Notes under the pieces: generated by a model
Told to the model about the DNA's origin: nothing
Seen by the model: only the letters and a program-made list of their open reading frames with translations
Database searches by the model: none
Made by a program: the position numbers and the translations under genes
Shown: positions 1-8,938 of the stretch, one piece after another
How positions within the stretch are numbered: position 1 is the stretch's first letter
How the letters are laid out: every line of letters starts with the position of its first letter
NCBI GenBank assembly: GCA_019746735.1
Contig: JAIERT010000184.1
Span: 1 to 48,065, forward strand
Length of the DNA stretch: 48,065 bases
From: Burkholderiaceae bacterium
Lineage (GTDB): Bacteria; Pseudomonadota; Gammaproteobacteria; Burkholderiales; Burkholderiaceae_C
Direction: 5' to 3'

Positions 1-215
1 CAGCCCTAGGCCGGCAAACCTATGAATTCACTTGAATGCTAGCAGTTAGGTCCTTGTCCTGCAAAGGATTTTTCCCTTCCTTTCACCATATGACGTTGTC
101 AAAAGCAGACGTTTTGTATGTGATTGCAACAGGAGCTGGCCACACCGAAGACATGTGCAGCGACGGACGGCGGCCCGACAGGGCCCAGGGCAGGGTGTGG
201 GCCACTGCGAATTTT

Positions 216-221
216 TATAAT
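216..221 (+). promoter_or_regulatory. Putative sigma70 -10 box (TATAAT) of mrcA
   Basis: Perfect TATAAT in an AT-rich patch 25 nt before ATG 247; no clear -35. Confidence 0.45.
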
Positions 222-246
222 GGCGACGCGCCCTTACAAAGTTTTT

Positions 247-2739
247 ATGCCGCCTGACTCCCCCTCTGATTCCGACCGCCCCGCTGCCCCCGTCGGCGTC
301 AAGACCTCGCGTTTTTCCCGGCTGCACCCGGCGCTGCGGCTGGGCCTGTTATGCGCTGCTGCCGGCCTGGCCGGCATGCTGTCACTGCTGATGGCTCTGG
401 GCGTCGCCATGGCGCTGGCCTATCCCAATTTGCCCGACGTCTCCGATCTCTCGGAATACCGTCCCAAGTTGCCGCTGCGGGTCTTTTCGGCCGAAGGCAA
501 CCTGATCGGCGAATTCGGGGAGGAACGGCGCAACTTCACCCCTATCAAGGACATCCCCCGGGTCCTGACCGATGCCGTCCTGGCCATTGAGGATGCACGC
601 TTCTACCAGCATGGTGGCGTGGATTACGTCGGGGTGGTGCGAGCCGGCCTTGCCAACGTGGGCAAAGCCAAGAGCCAGGGCGCCTCGACCATCACCATGC
701 AGGTCGCGCGCAACGTCTACCTGTCTTCGGAAAAGACCTTCACGCGCAAGATCTACGAGATCCTGCTGACCTTCAAGCTGGAGCACCTGCTGACCAAGGA
801 CCAGATCCTCGAGATCTACATGAACCAGATCTACCTGGGCAACCGGGCCTACGGCTTCGCGGCGGCCTCGGAGATCTATTTCGGCAAGCCGATCAAGGAC
901 GTCAGCATCGCGGAAGCCGCCATGCTGGCCGGTCTGCCCAAGGCGCCCTCGGCCTTCAACCCGATCAGCAATCCCAAACGCGCCCGCAGCCGCCAGCTCT
1001 ACATCATCGACCGCATGCTGGACAACGGCTTCATCACCGCCGAAGAAGCACAGACCGCCAAGCAGCAGGAGCTGCGGATCAAGTCCGGCGGCAACTCGGG
1101 AGCGGCCAGCAATCCCTCGCGCAGCCATGCCGATTTCGTGGCCGAGATGGTGCGCCAGCTGATCTTTGCCCAGTATGGCGAGGAGACCTACACCCGCGGC
1201 CTCAACGTCACCACCACGATCCGCTCCGGCGATCAGGAGGTGGCCTACCAGGCGCTGCGCCAGGGCATCATGGACTACGAACGCCGCCAGGCCTATCGCG
1301 GTCCGGAGAAGTTCATTTCCCTGCCGGCCAAGGCGGAAGAGCTGGACGATGCGATCGACGACGCCCTGGACGAACACCCGGACAACGGTGACCTGCTAAG
1401 CGCCCTGGTGCTGGATGCCAGCGCGCGCAAGGTCGTGGCCGTGCGCCGGGGCGGCGAAACCCTGGAGATCACCGGCGACGGCCTGCGCTACGCCCAGGCC
1501 GCCCTGCAACCCCGCGCTGCGCCCAAGCTCAAGATTCGCCGCGGCGCCATCATTCGCGTGATGCAGACGCCCAAGAACGGCTGGGAGATCCTGCAGCTAC
1601 CGGAAGTCGAGGGCGCTTTCGTGGCACTCGACCCGCGCAATGGCGCCATCCGGGCCCTGGTCGGCGGCTTCGATTTCGAAAAGAACAAGTTCAACCACGT
1701 CACCCAGGCCTGGCGCCAGCCCGGATCAAGCTTCAAGCCCTTCATCTATTCCGCCGCGCTGGAAAAAGGCTTCACGCCGGCCACCGTGGTCAACGATGCC
1801 CCGCTGTTCTTCGAACCCGAACTGACCGGCGGCCAGCCCTGGGAGCCCAAAAACTACGACGGCGCTTTCGAAGGCCCCATGCCGCTGCGCCGCGGCATGG
1901 CCAAGTCCAAGAACATGATCTCGATCCGTGTGCTCGACGCCATCGGCCCGCGCTACGCACAGGAATGGATCAGCCAGTTTGGCTTCGACGCCGGCAGGCA
2001 CCCGCCTTACCTGACCATGGCGCTGGGTGCCGGCTCGGTCACACCCATGCAGATGGCTGTCGGTTACTCGGCCTTCGCCAACGGGGGCTATCGGATCAAC
2101 CCCTGGTTGATCAGCAAGATCACCGAGCAGAAGGGCAAGGTGCTCGCGCAGGCCAAGCCGGTCGCCCCGGACGAATCGATGCGCGCCGTCGATGCACGCA
2201 ACGCCTTCGTGATTTCCAGCCTGCTGCAGGAAGTCATGCGCACGGGAACGGGCTCGCGCGGCATGGTGGCCCTGAAACGCCCCGACATCTATGGCAAGAC
2301 CGGCACCACCAATGACTCCATGGATGCCTGGTTCGCCGGCTACCACCCCAGCCTTGCCGCCGTGACCTGGATCGGCTATGACACACCGCGCAAGCTGGGC
2401 GATCGCGAAACCGGCGGCGGCCTGAGCCTGCCGGTCTGGATCAGCTACATGCAGCACGCCCTGCGAGACGCCCCCGTTCTGGAGATCGCCCCCCCCGAGG
2501 GCGTAGTCCAGGCTGGAGTCGACTGGATGTACGCCGAGCACGCCAAGGATGGCGGCGTGCTGTCCCTGGGTCTGGATGACATGCCCGCCGTCATGCCACC
2601 GCCCGGTGGGCTGCTGCCGCTACCGCCGGCATCCGTGATGCCGCCCGCTACCGCCCCGGCACCGGCACCCGCCGCTGCACCGGCCAGCCCCCCGCCCGGC
2701 GAGGAAAGGCTGCGTATCCTCGACCTGTTCAGGAACTGA
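247..2739 (+). CDS. mrcA: Penicillin-binding protein 1A (bifunctional transglycosylase/transpeptidase)
   Basis: Glycosyltransferase motifs EDARFYQHGG, QGASTITMQVARN, RKIYE; transpeptidase SxxK (GSSFKP), SKN, KTGT; N-terminal TM helix; Pro-rich tail. Start placed at ATG 247 (TATAAT at 216-221 upstream); listed ORF begins at 124. Confidence 0.95.
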   Translation: MPPDSPSDSDRPAAPVGVKTSRFSRLHPALRLGLLCAAAGLAGMLSLLMALGVAMALAYPNLPDVSDLSEYRPKLPLRVFSAEGNLIGEFGEERRNFTPIKDIPRVLTDAVLAIEDARFYQHGGVDYVGVVRAGLANVGKAKSQGASTITMQVARNVYLSSEKTFTRKIYEILLTFKLEHLLTKDQILEIYMNQIYLGNRAYGFAAASEIYFGKPIKDVSIAEAAMLAGLPKAPSAFNPISNPKRARSRQLYIIDRMLDNGFITAEEAQTAKQQELRIKSGGNSGAASNPSRSHADFVAEMVRQLIFAQYGEETYTRGLNVTTTIRSGDQEVAYQALRQGIMDYERRQAYRGPEKFISLPAKAEELDDAIDDALDEHPDNGDLLSALVLDASARKVVAVRRGGETLEITGDGLRYAQAALQPRAAPKLKIRRGAIIRVMQTPKNGWEILQLPEVEGAFVALDPRNGAIRALVGGFDFEKNKFNHVTQAWRQPGSSFKPFIYSAALEKGFTPATVVNDAPLFFEPELTGGQPWEPKNYDGAFEGPMPLRRGMAKSKNMISIRVLDAIGPRYAQEWISQFGFDAGRHPPYLTMALGAGSVTPMQMAVGYSAFANGGYRINPWLISKITEQKGKVLAQAKPVAPDESMRAVDARNAFVISSLLQEVMRTGTGSRGMVALKRPDIYGKTGTTNDSMDAWFAGYHPSLAAVTWIGYDTPRKLGDRETGGGLSLPVWISYMQHALRDAPVLEIAPPEGVVQAGVDWMYAEHAKDGGVLSLGLDDMPAVMPPPGGLLPLPPASVMPPATAPAPAPAAAPASPPPGEERLRILDLFRN

Positions 2740-3069
2740 TCAGGGGCTGAACAGCAGCGGCGCCCCGGCCTGCTCGCTCGCATAGCGCGACAGGCCGGCG
2801 AAAAATTCACCCTGGCCCTTGGTGTCCATCCAGTGCTGGCCGTCGAACTTGTAGTGATACCCGCCGGAACGCGCGGCCAGCCAGATCTCGTGCAGTGGTT
2901 TTTGCAGATTCACCACGATCTGGCTGCGATCCCGGAAGACCAAGGTCACCATGCCACCCACACGCTGGTTGTCGATGTCCGCATCGCTTTCCTCGTTGAT
3001 GCGGTCACAGCAGGCCTCAATGGCGCTGAGCACGCTCTCGGCGCGGTCCATGAACTCGGTGTCGGTCAT
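2740..3069 (-). CDS. cyaY: Iron donor protein CyaY (frataxin family)
   Basis: [11 protein letters not shown]...[23 protein letters not shown] frataxin signature; usual mrcA-cyaY-lptM-lysA context. Confidence 0.93.
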   Translation of the reverse strand: MTDTEFMDRAESVLSAIEACCDRINEESDADIDNQRVGGMVTLVFRDRSQIVVNLQKPLHEIWLAARSGGYHYKFDGQHWMDTKGQGEFFAGLSRYASEQAGAPLLFSP

Positions 3070-3081
3070 TACAATTCCGTG

Positions 3082-3339
3082 ATGTTGCAAACCAGCCGGA
3101 TTCTAGTCAGTGCCCTCAACCATGGCGCGTGCGCTGGTATGGCCGCCGTGATTCTGCTGGTCCTGGCGGGTTGCGGCCAGACTGGCGCGCTCTATCTGCC
3201 CACCGAGCCGGCCGCGGCCAACCGGGCCAGCCTGCCTGAATCGCTCTGGCCGGTCATGCCGTCCAAGAAGAAGGAAGGCGCTGCGCCAGCCGCCAGCACG
3301 CCTGCCCCCGTACCCTCTACCGAAACCGTCAAGCCATGA
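3082..3339 (+). CDS. lptM: LptM (YifL/LppL) family small lipoprotein
   Basis: Lipobox LAGC followed by GQTGALYLP (family motif CGxKGxLYLP); directly upstream of lysA with ATGA overlap. Confidence 0.85.
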   Translation: MLQTSRILVSALNHGACAGMAAVILLVLAGCGQTGALYLPTEPAAANRASLPESLWPVMPSKKKEGAAPAASTPAPVPSTETVKP

Positions 3340-4610
3340 CCGCCCAGAATCTCCCGGGTCGCCCCCATATCGCCTACCGCGGCGACGCGCTGTTCATCGA
3401 AAACGTGTGCCTGGCCGATCTGGCCCGCGAGCATGGCACGCCCCTCTTCGTCTACTCCCAGGCCGCCATGCTGGGCGCCCTGGCCGCCTACCAGCGCGGC
3501 TTTGCCGGCCGCAAGGCGCAGATCTGCTACGCCATGAAGGCCAACTCCTCGCTGGCCATCCTGCAGCTTTTCGCGCGTGCGGGTTGCGGCTTCGACATCG
3601 TCTCAGGCGGCGAGCTCGAGCGCGTACTGGCCGCTGGCGGCGATCCGGCCAAGATCATCTTCTCGGGCGTGGGCAAGACCCGCGCCGAGATGCGCCAGGC
3701 GCTGCAGACCGGCATCGGCTGCTTCAATGTCGAGAGCGAAGCCGAACTCGACGTGCTCGATGAAGTCGCGCGCTCGGTCGGCAAGCGCGCGCCGGTCAGC
3801 ATCCGCGTCAACCCCAACGTCGACGCCAAGACCCACCCCTATATCTCCACCGGCCTCAAGGGCAACAAGTTCGGCATTGCACACGAGCGCACCTTGGCCA
3901 CCTACCAGCGTGCTGCGGCGCTGCCTGGCCTGCAGGTCGTCGGCATCGACTGCCACATCGGCTCGCAGATCACGCAGGAGAGCCCCTATCTCGACGCCAT
4001 GGACCGCGTGCTCGACCTCGTCGATGCCATCGAAGCCGCTGGCATCCACCTGCACCACATCGACTTCGGCGGTGGTCTGGGCATCGATTACAACGGCGAC
4101 ACGCCACCGGCGGCCGATGCACTCTGGGCCCGCCTGCTGGCCAAGCTCGACGCCCGCGGCTACGGCGAGCGCCAGCTCATGATCGAGCCCGGTCGTTCGC
4201 TGGTGGGCAATGCCGGCGTCTGCCTCACCGAGGTGCTCTACCTCAAGCCCGGCGAGCAGAAGAACTTCTGCATCGTCGATGCCGCGATGAACGACCTGCC
4301 GCGGCCCGCCATGTACGAGGCCTACCATCAGATCGTGCCGCTGAGCACCCGCGCCGGCCATGCCAGCAGATGGGACCTGGTCGGCCCCATCTGCGAAAGC
4401 GGCGACTGGCTGGGCCGCGACCGCGCGCTCAACGTGCAGCCGGGCGATCTGCTCGCCGTGCTGTCGGCGGGCGCCTACTGCATGAGCATGGCCAGCAACT
4501 ACAACACCCGCGGCCGCGCGGCCGAGGTGCTGGTCTCTGGCGACCAGGCGCGCCTAATCCGTCGCCGTGAAAGTGCGGCCGACACGTTCCAGCACGAGTC
4601 CCTGCTTTGA
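3336..4610 (+). CDS. lysA: Diaminopimelate decarboxylase
   Basis: YAMKAN PLP lysine, HIGSQ, DFGGG, EPGRS, GPICESGD, GAYCMSMASNYN motifs. Confidence 0.97.
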   Translation: MTAQNLPGRPHIAYRGDALFIENVCLADLAREHGTPLFVYSQAAMLGALAAYQRGFAGRKAQICYAMKANSSLAILQLFARAGCGFDIVSGGELERVLAAGGDPAKIIFSGVGKTRAEMRQALQTGIGCFNVESEAELDVLDEVARSVGKRAPVSIRVNPNVDAKTHPYISTGLKGNKFGIAHERTLATYQRAAALPGLQVVGIDCHIGSQITQESPYLDAMDRVLDLVDAIEAAGIHLHHIDFGGGLGIDYNGDTPPAADALWARLLAKLDARGYGERQLMIEPGRSLVGNAGVCLTEVLYLKPGEQKNFCIVDAAMNDLPRPAMYEAYHQIVPLSTRAGHASRWDLVGPICESGDWLGRDRALNVQPGDLLAVLSAGAYCMSMASNYNTRGRAAEVLVSGDQARLIRRRESAADTFQHESLL

Positions 4611-4729
4611 CAGGACATCGATCGTCGTGAAGCGCCCCCGGCACGTCCCCCCCGCGATCCCCGGGCTTGGCCTTATGCTGCCAGCCTCGCCCTCGTTTGA
4701 TCGCTCCCGCTGAGTTCGCCACGCGCGCC

Positions 4730-6484
4730 ATGCCTGTATCGCCCCAATCCCTGTCCGGCCTCGCGCCCTTCCTCAGGCCCTACCGGCTGCACCTGTTCGT
4801 GGCCGTGGTGTTCCTGCTGCTGGCGGCGGCCGCGACCCTCGCCTTTCCCTCGGTGCTCAGGCACCTGATCGATCAGGGTTTCGCGGCCGATGCGTCACAG
4901 GACCAGCTGGCCCTGAACTTCCTCTATCTCTTTGCCCTCGCCGTGGCCCTGGCCGTCTTCTCCGCCGGGCGCTACTTTGCGGTGAGCTGGCTGGGCGAGC
5001 GCATCACGGCCGATCTGCGCAACGCGGTCTACGCGCATGTCCTGCGGCAGAGCCGCACTTTCTTCGAGACCACCCAGTCGGGTGAAGTGCTGTCCCGCCT
5101 GACCAACGACACCACGCTGGTGCAGACCGTGCTCGGCTCCTCCTTCTCGATGGGCCTGCGCAATCTGCTCATGGGTGCGGGCGCGCTGGCGATGCTGGTC
5201 TGGACCAACCCCTGGCTCATGCTGCAGGTGGTCCTCGTGCTGGTCGCGGTGATCCTGCCCAGCGTCTACCTGGGCCGGCGTGTCCGGCGGCTGTCCCGGG
5301 CGAGCCAGGACCGGGTGGCCGATTCCAGCGCCATCGCCGCCGAGGTACTCAACGCCATCTCGGTCGTGCAGAGCTACACGGCCGAACGTCGCGAGACCGC
5401 GCGCTTCATCGACTCGACCCAGAAGACCCTGCGCACGGCGCTGGGCCGCATCCGCGCCCGGGCCGTGCTGGTCGGCTTCATCATCATTGCCTCCAGCGCC
5501 GTGCTGCTCTGGGGCCTCTACATGGGCACGCTGGCCGTGCAGGCGGGGACCAGCACCGCCGGTCAGCTCGGCGAAACCGTGCTCTACGTGGTGCTGCTGG
5601 CCAGTGCCTTTGCCGTGCTGGGCGAGGTCTATGGCGACATCGCCCGGGCCGCGGGCGCGACCGAGCGACTGATGGAGCTGCTCAACACCGAATCCGGCCT
5701 GCGGACCGTCTCGCAGCCGGTGCAGGCGCCCTGGCCCGAGGGCGGGTCCTCGCTGGCGCTGGAATCGGTCCGCTTCCATTACCCCTCGCGCCCCGAAACC
5801 TGGGCCTTGAACGAACTCAGCGGGGTGATCCGCCCGGGGCAGACGGTGGCGGTGGTGGGCCCCAGCGGCGCCGGCAAGACCACCCTGTTTGACCTGCTGA
5901 TGCGCTTCTACGATCCGCAGTCCGGGCGCATCGTGCTTGACGGCGTCCCGATCGACCAGATGACCCTGCCGGCGCTGCGCGAGCGCATGGCCATCGTGCC
6001 CCAGGAGCCCGTGATCTTTTCCGGCACCGTCAGCGACAACATCCGGTACGGCCGTCCCGACGCCAGCCTACAGGACGTGCAGGCGGCGGCCCGCGCCGCC
6101 TATGCCGAGGAATTCATTGCCAACCTGCCCGAGGGCTACGACACCTATCTGGGGGACCGGGGCGTTCGCCTTTCCGGCGGGCAGCGGCAGCGGATCGCGA
6201 TCGCGCGCGCCATCCTCAAGAGTCCGCCCCTGCTGCTGCTGGACGAGGCCACCAGCGCGCTGGACGCGCACAGCGAGCAGATGGTGCAGGCGGCCCTGGA
6301 CAAGGCCATGCTGGGACGGACCACGCTCGTGATCGCGCACCGTCTGGCGACGGTCCAGCGCGCCGATGTGATCTGGGTACTCGAGCGCGGCCGCCTGATC
6401 GAGCAGGGCACGCACGCCGAGCTGCTGGCCCAGGGCGGGCTCTATGCCAGCCTGGCCGCGCTGCAGTTCAACACCTCACACTGA
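4730..6484 (+). CDS. MsbA-related fused ABC exporter (TMD + NBD)
   Basis: Six TM helices, Walker A GPSGAGKT, signature LSGGQ, Walker B LLLLDEATSALD, IAHRL. Start taken at ATG 4730. Confidence 0.9.
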   Translation: MPVSPQSLSGLAPFLRPYRLHLFVAVVFLLLAAAATLAFPSVLRHLIDQGFAADASQDQLALNFLYLFALAVALAVFSAGRYFAVSWLGERITADLRNAVYAHVLRQSRTFFETTQSGEVLSRLTNDTTLVQTVLGSSFSMGLRNLLMGAGALAMLVWTNPWLMLQVVLVLVAVILPSVYLGRRVRRLSRASQDRVADSSAIAAEVLNAISVVQSYTAERRETARFIDSTQKTLRTALGRIRARAVLVGFIIIASSAVLLWGLYMGTLAVQAGTSTAGQLGETVLYVVLLASAFAVLGEVYGDIARAAGATERLMELLNTESGLRTVSQPVQAPWPEGGSSLALESVRFHYPSRPETWALNELSGVIRPGQTVAVVGPSGAGKTTLFDLLMRFYDPQSGRIVLDGVPIDQMTLPALRERMAIVPQEPVIFSGTVSDNIRYGRPDASLQDVQAAARAAYAEEFIANLPEGYDTYLGDRGVRLSGGQRQRIAIARAILKSPPLLLLDEATSALDAHSEQMVQAALDKAMLGRTTLVIAHRLATVQRADVIWVLERGRLIEQGTHAELLAQGGLYASLAALQFNTSH

Positions 6485-6640
6485 GTCCCCGTCGGAGCCC
6501 GCCGGACCCGGCGCCTGCCGGGCCCGCTCCTGTTCGCGCTGTCGACGCGTCTGCTCCCGTGCCTTGCGCACGTCGTGGATTTGCCAGAGGCCAAACACGA
6601 TGACCAGCACGAAGATCCCCAGTTCCAGCCAGATACCCAT
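6476..6640 (-). CDS. Small single-pass membrane protein, 54 aa (not in ORF track): MGIWLELGIFVLVIVFGLWQIHDVRKAREQTRRQREQERARQAPGPAGSDGDSV
   Basis: Translated by hand; AGGAGG Shine-Dalgarno 5 nt before ATG, ~20-aa hydrophobic N-terminus then charged helix, GC3-rich codons; stop overlaps the ABC gene 3' end. Confidence 0.7.
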   Translation of the reverse strand: MGIWLELGIFVLVIVFGLWQIHDVRKAREQTRRQREQERARQAPGPAGSDGDSV

Positions 6641-6682
6641 GATCGCCTCCTACCCGCGTCGCTCATGGTCATCGACCAAAAG

Positions 6683-6752
6683 CGTCAATTAAAGTTGACA
6701 TTATCGATATTAAATATATATTGACACTTATGACCGTCATTTTTCATTGACG
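6683..6752. promoter_or_regulatory. Array of three PpsR/CrtJ-like 18-bp operators upstream of crtE, with overlapping TTGACA-N16-TATATT promoter
   Basis: CGTCAATTAAAGTTGACA (6683-6700), ATTAAATATATATTGACA (6709-6726), CGTCATTTTTCATTGACG (6735-6752); each 8 bp apart; degenerate versus TGT-N12-ACA. Confidence 0.7.
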
Positions 6753-6774
6753 GCGCCCTCATCCAGGAGGCTCC

Positions 6775-7689
6775 ATGAGTCTGTTGACGCGAGCTGAGCA
6801 AGCCCTCAGCACCCATTTTGAAGCGGCGACAGGGAGCGGGGCACCTCCGCTGCTGCAGGCAGCGATGCGGCATGCCGTCTTTTCGGGCGGCGCACGCATC
6901 CGTCCCCAGCTCTGCATCGCCGTGGCCACCGCCTGTGGGGACGATGCCCCCGAGCTGAGCAACGCGGCGGCCGTGGCCCTGGAGCTGATGCACTGCGCGT
7001 CTCTGGTGCACGACGACATGCCGGCGTTCGACAATGCGCCGCTGCGGCGCGGCCGGCCCACGGTGCACAAGGCCTACGGCGAACCGCTGGCGCTGCTGGC
7101 CGGGGATGGCCTGATCGTGATGGCCTACCGCGTGATGCTGCTGTCCGGGCAGCGGCAGCCCCAGCGTCTGATCGCCCTGCTCGACAACCTCACCCAGGGC
7201 GTGGGCCTGCCCGATGGCATCGTAGCCGGGCAAGCCTGGGAGTGCGAGACCACGGCCGATCTGGGGCAGTACCAGCGCGCCAAAACCGGTGCGCTGTTCG
7301 TTTCAGCCACCTGCGCGGGCGCCTTGAGCAGCGGCCACGCGCCCGAGCCCTGGGCCCCGCTGGGCGCCTTCCTGGGCGAGGCCTACCAGGTGGCCGATGA
7401 CATCCGCGATGTGATCGGTGATGTGGCCAGCCTGGGCAAGCCGGCCGGGCAGGACGCATTGCATGCCCGCCCGAGTGCGACCCAGGTGCTGGGTCTGGAC
7501 GGCGCCATCCAGCATTTCGAGAACCTGATCCGGCAGGCCGGCGACTCCGTACCGCCGTGCGCCAGCCGCGACATGCTGCGACAGCTGGTGCAGCACGAAT
7601 CGGAGCGGCTGGTGCCCAAAGCGGTCTGCGAGGGCTCCCGCCAGCGTCGGGTGCAGCAGGCCCAGGCCCTGCCGCCAGTCCTGCTCTGA
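6775..7689 (+). CDS. crtE: Geranylgeranyl pyrophosphate synthase
   Basis: GGARIRP, first Asp-rich motif LVHDDMPAFD, RRGRPTVH, KTGALF, second motif YQVADDIRD; AGGAGG RBS. Confidence 0.93.
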   Translation: MSLLTRAEQALSTHFEAATGSGAPPLLQAAMRHAVFSGGARIRPQLCIAVATACGDDAPELSNAAAVALELMHCASLVHDDMPAFDNAPLRRGRPTVHKAYGEPLALLAGDGLIVMAYRVMLLSGQRQPQRLIALLDNLTQGVGLPDGIVAGQAWECETTADLGQYQRAKTGALFVSATCAGALSSGHAPEPWAPLGAFLGEAYQVADDIRDVIGDVASLGKPAGQDALHARPSATQVLGLDGAIQHFENLIRQAGDSVPPCASRDMLRQLVQHESERLVPKAVCEGSRQRRVQQAQALPPVLL

Positions 7690-7699
7690 GTCGAATCCC

Positions 7700-8881
7700 A
7701 TGACAGACCCGCTGGACCTGGCCCCGCCGACGATGACGCCATCCACAGGGGGCCTGTGGCGAGACGCGTTGCGCCGGCAGTTGGAGCGCCTCTATGCCAG
7801 CCCGACGCTGTACCGGTGGTCGCTGGCCAACCCGCTGACGCGCTGGGTCACACGCCGGCGCACCGAGCGGCTTTTTGATCTCATGGCCGGCTTCGTCCAC
7901 AGCCAGGTCATGCTGGGCTGCGTGCGGCTGGACCTCTTCCGCCTCCTGCACCAGGCCCCCGCCGATCTGGACACGATCGCACGGCGCGTGGCCTTGCCGG
8001 CGCCCGCGCTGCAGCGCCTGCTGCTCTCGGCGGTCGCACTGGGTTTGCTCGAACACCGCAGCCAGGGGCGCTTCGGCCTCGGCCCCCTGGGGGTACCTCT
8101 GGCAACCCACGCAGGCATCGCGCAGATGATCGAGCACAACCAGCTGCTCTACGAGGACATGCGGGACCCTGTGGCCTTCCTGCAGAACGCCTGGCAGGGG
8201 GGCATGGCCGCGTACTGGCCCTATGCGCATGACCCGCAGGCCCCAGAACACCACGCGCAGGACACCTTCCGCCGCTATTCGGAACTGATGGCCGCGTCAC
8301 AAGGCTTCGTGGTGCAGGAGATCCTGGCGTCCTACCATTTCAACGCCCACCAATGCGTGCTCGACGTGGGGGCCGGCAAGGGCCGTTTCGCCAGCGCCCT
8401 GGCCGGAAAAGCCCCGCACCTGCGCCTGCAGCTCTTCGATCTGCCGCCGGTCCTGGCGCTGGCACGCGAGGCCTTGCAGGACCCCGGCCTGAGCGACCGG
8501 CTGCAGTTCCATCCCGGCAGCTTCCTGCACGACCCCCTGCCGACAGGCGCCGACCTGATCACCCTGGTACGCGTCGCGCATGACCACCCGGATGGGGTGG
8601 TGCAACAACTGCTGGGAAAAATCCACGATGCCCTGCCGCTGGGCGGCACCCTCCTGCTGGCCGAACCCATGGCCCAGCCCGATGGCCAGCCGGGCAGCCC
8701 GTCCGATGCCTACTTTCACTTCTACCTGCTGGCCATGGGGGCCGGGCGCCTGCGCACCCCGGATGAGCTGCGCCGCCTGATGGAGGCCGCGGGCTTCAGC
8801 CATGTCGAGCTGGTTCCGAACGCCATGCCCATCCATACCCGGATCCTGATCGGTCGGAAATCTAGGTGTTTACCCTTGTAA
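7700..8881 (+). CDS. crtF: Hydroxyneurosporene/demethylspheroidene O-methyltransferase
   Basis: LFDLMAGFVHSQV, SAM motif LDVGAGKG, DAYFHFYLLAMGAGR; crtE-crtF-bchC order. Confidence 0.92.
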   Translation: MTDPLDLAPPTMTPSTGGLWRDALRRQLERLYASPTLYRWSLANPLTRWVTRRRTERLFDLMAGFVHSQVMLGCVRLDLFRLLHQAPADLDTIARRVALPAPALQRLLLSAVALGLLEHRSQGRFGLGPLGVPLATHAGIAQMIEHNQLLYEDMRDPVAFLQNAWQGGMAAYWPYAHDPQAPEHHAQDTFRRYSELMAASQGFVVQEILASYHFNAHQCVLDVGAGKGRFASALAGKAPHLRLQLFDLPPVLALAREALQDPGLSDRLQFHPGSFLHDPLPTGADLITLVRVAHDHPDGVVQQLLGKIHDALPLGGTLLLAEPMAQPDGQPGSPSDAYFHFYLLAMGAGRLRTPDELRRLMEAAGFSHVELVPNAMPIHTRILIGRKSRCLPL

Positions 8882-8936
8882 ACGCCTAAATGTGTAAATC
8901 TTATTTGACACTTATCAATGTAAGTTCAGAATGAAG
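8867..8936. promoter_or_regulatory. bchC promoter with tandem PpsR/CrtJ palindromes
   Basis: TGTTTACCCTTGTAAACG (8867-8884) and perfect TGTAAATCTTATTTGACA (8893-8910) 8 bp apart, a weak third half-site at 8919; -35 TTGACA 8905-8910, -10-like CAGAAT 8927-8932. Confidence 0.8.
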
Positions 8937-8938
8937 CC

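Noticed and set aside
2580-2739. Pro/Ala-rich repeat-like tail of PBP1A
   Set aside because: Ordinary low-complexity linker before a typical ILDLF C-terminus.
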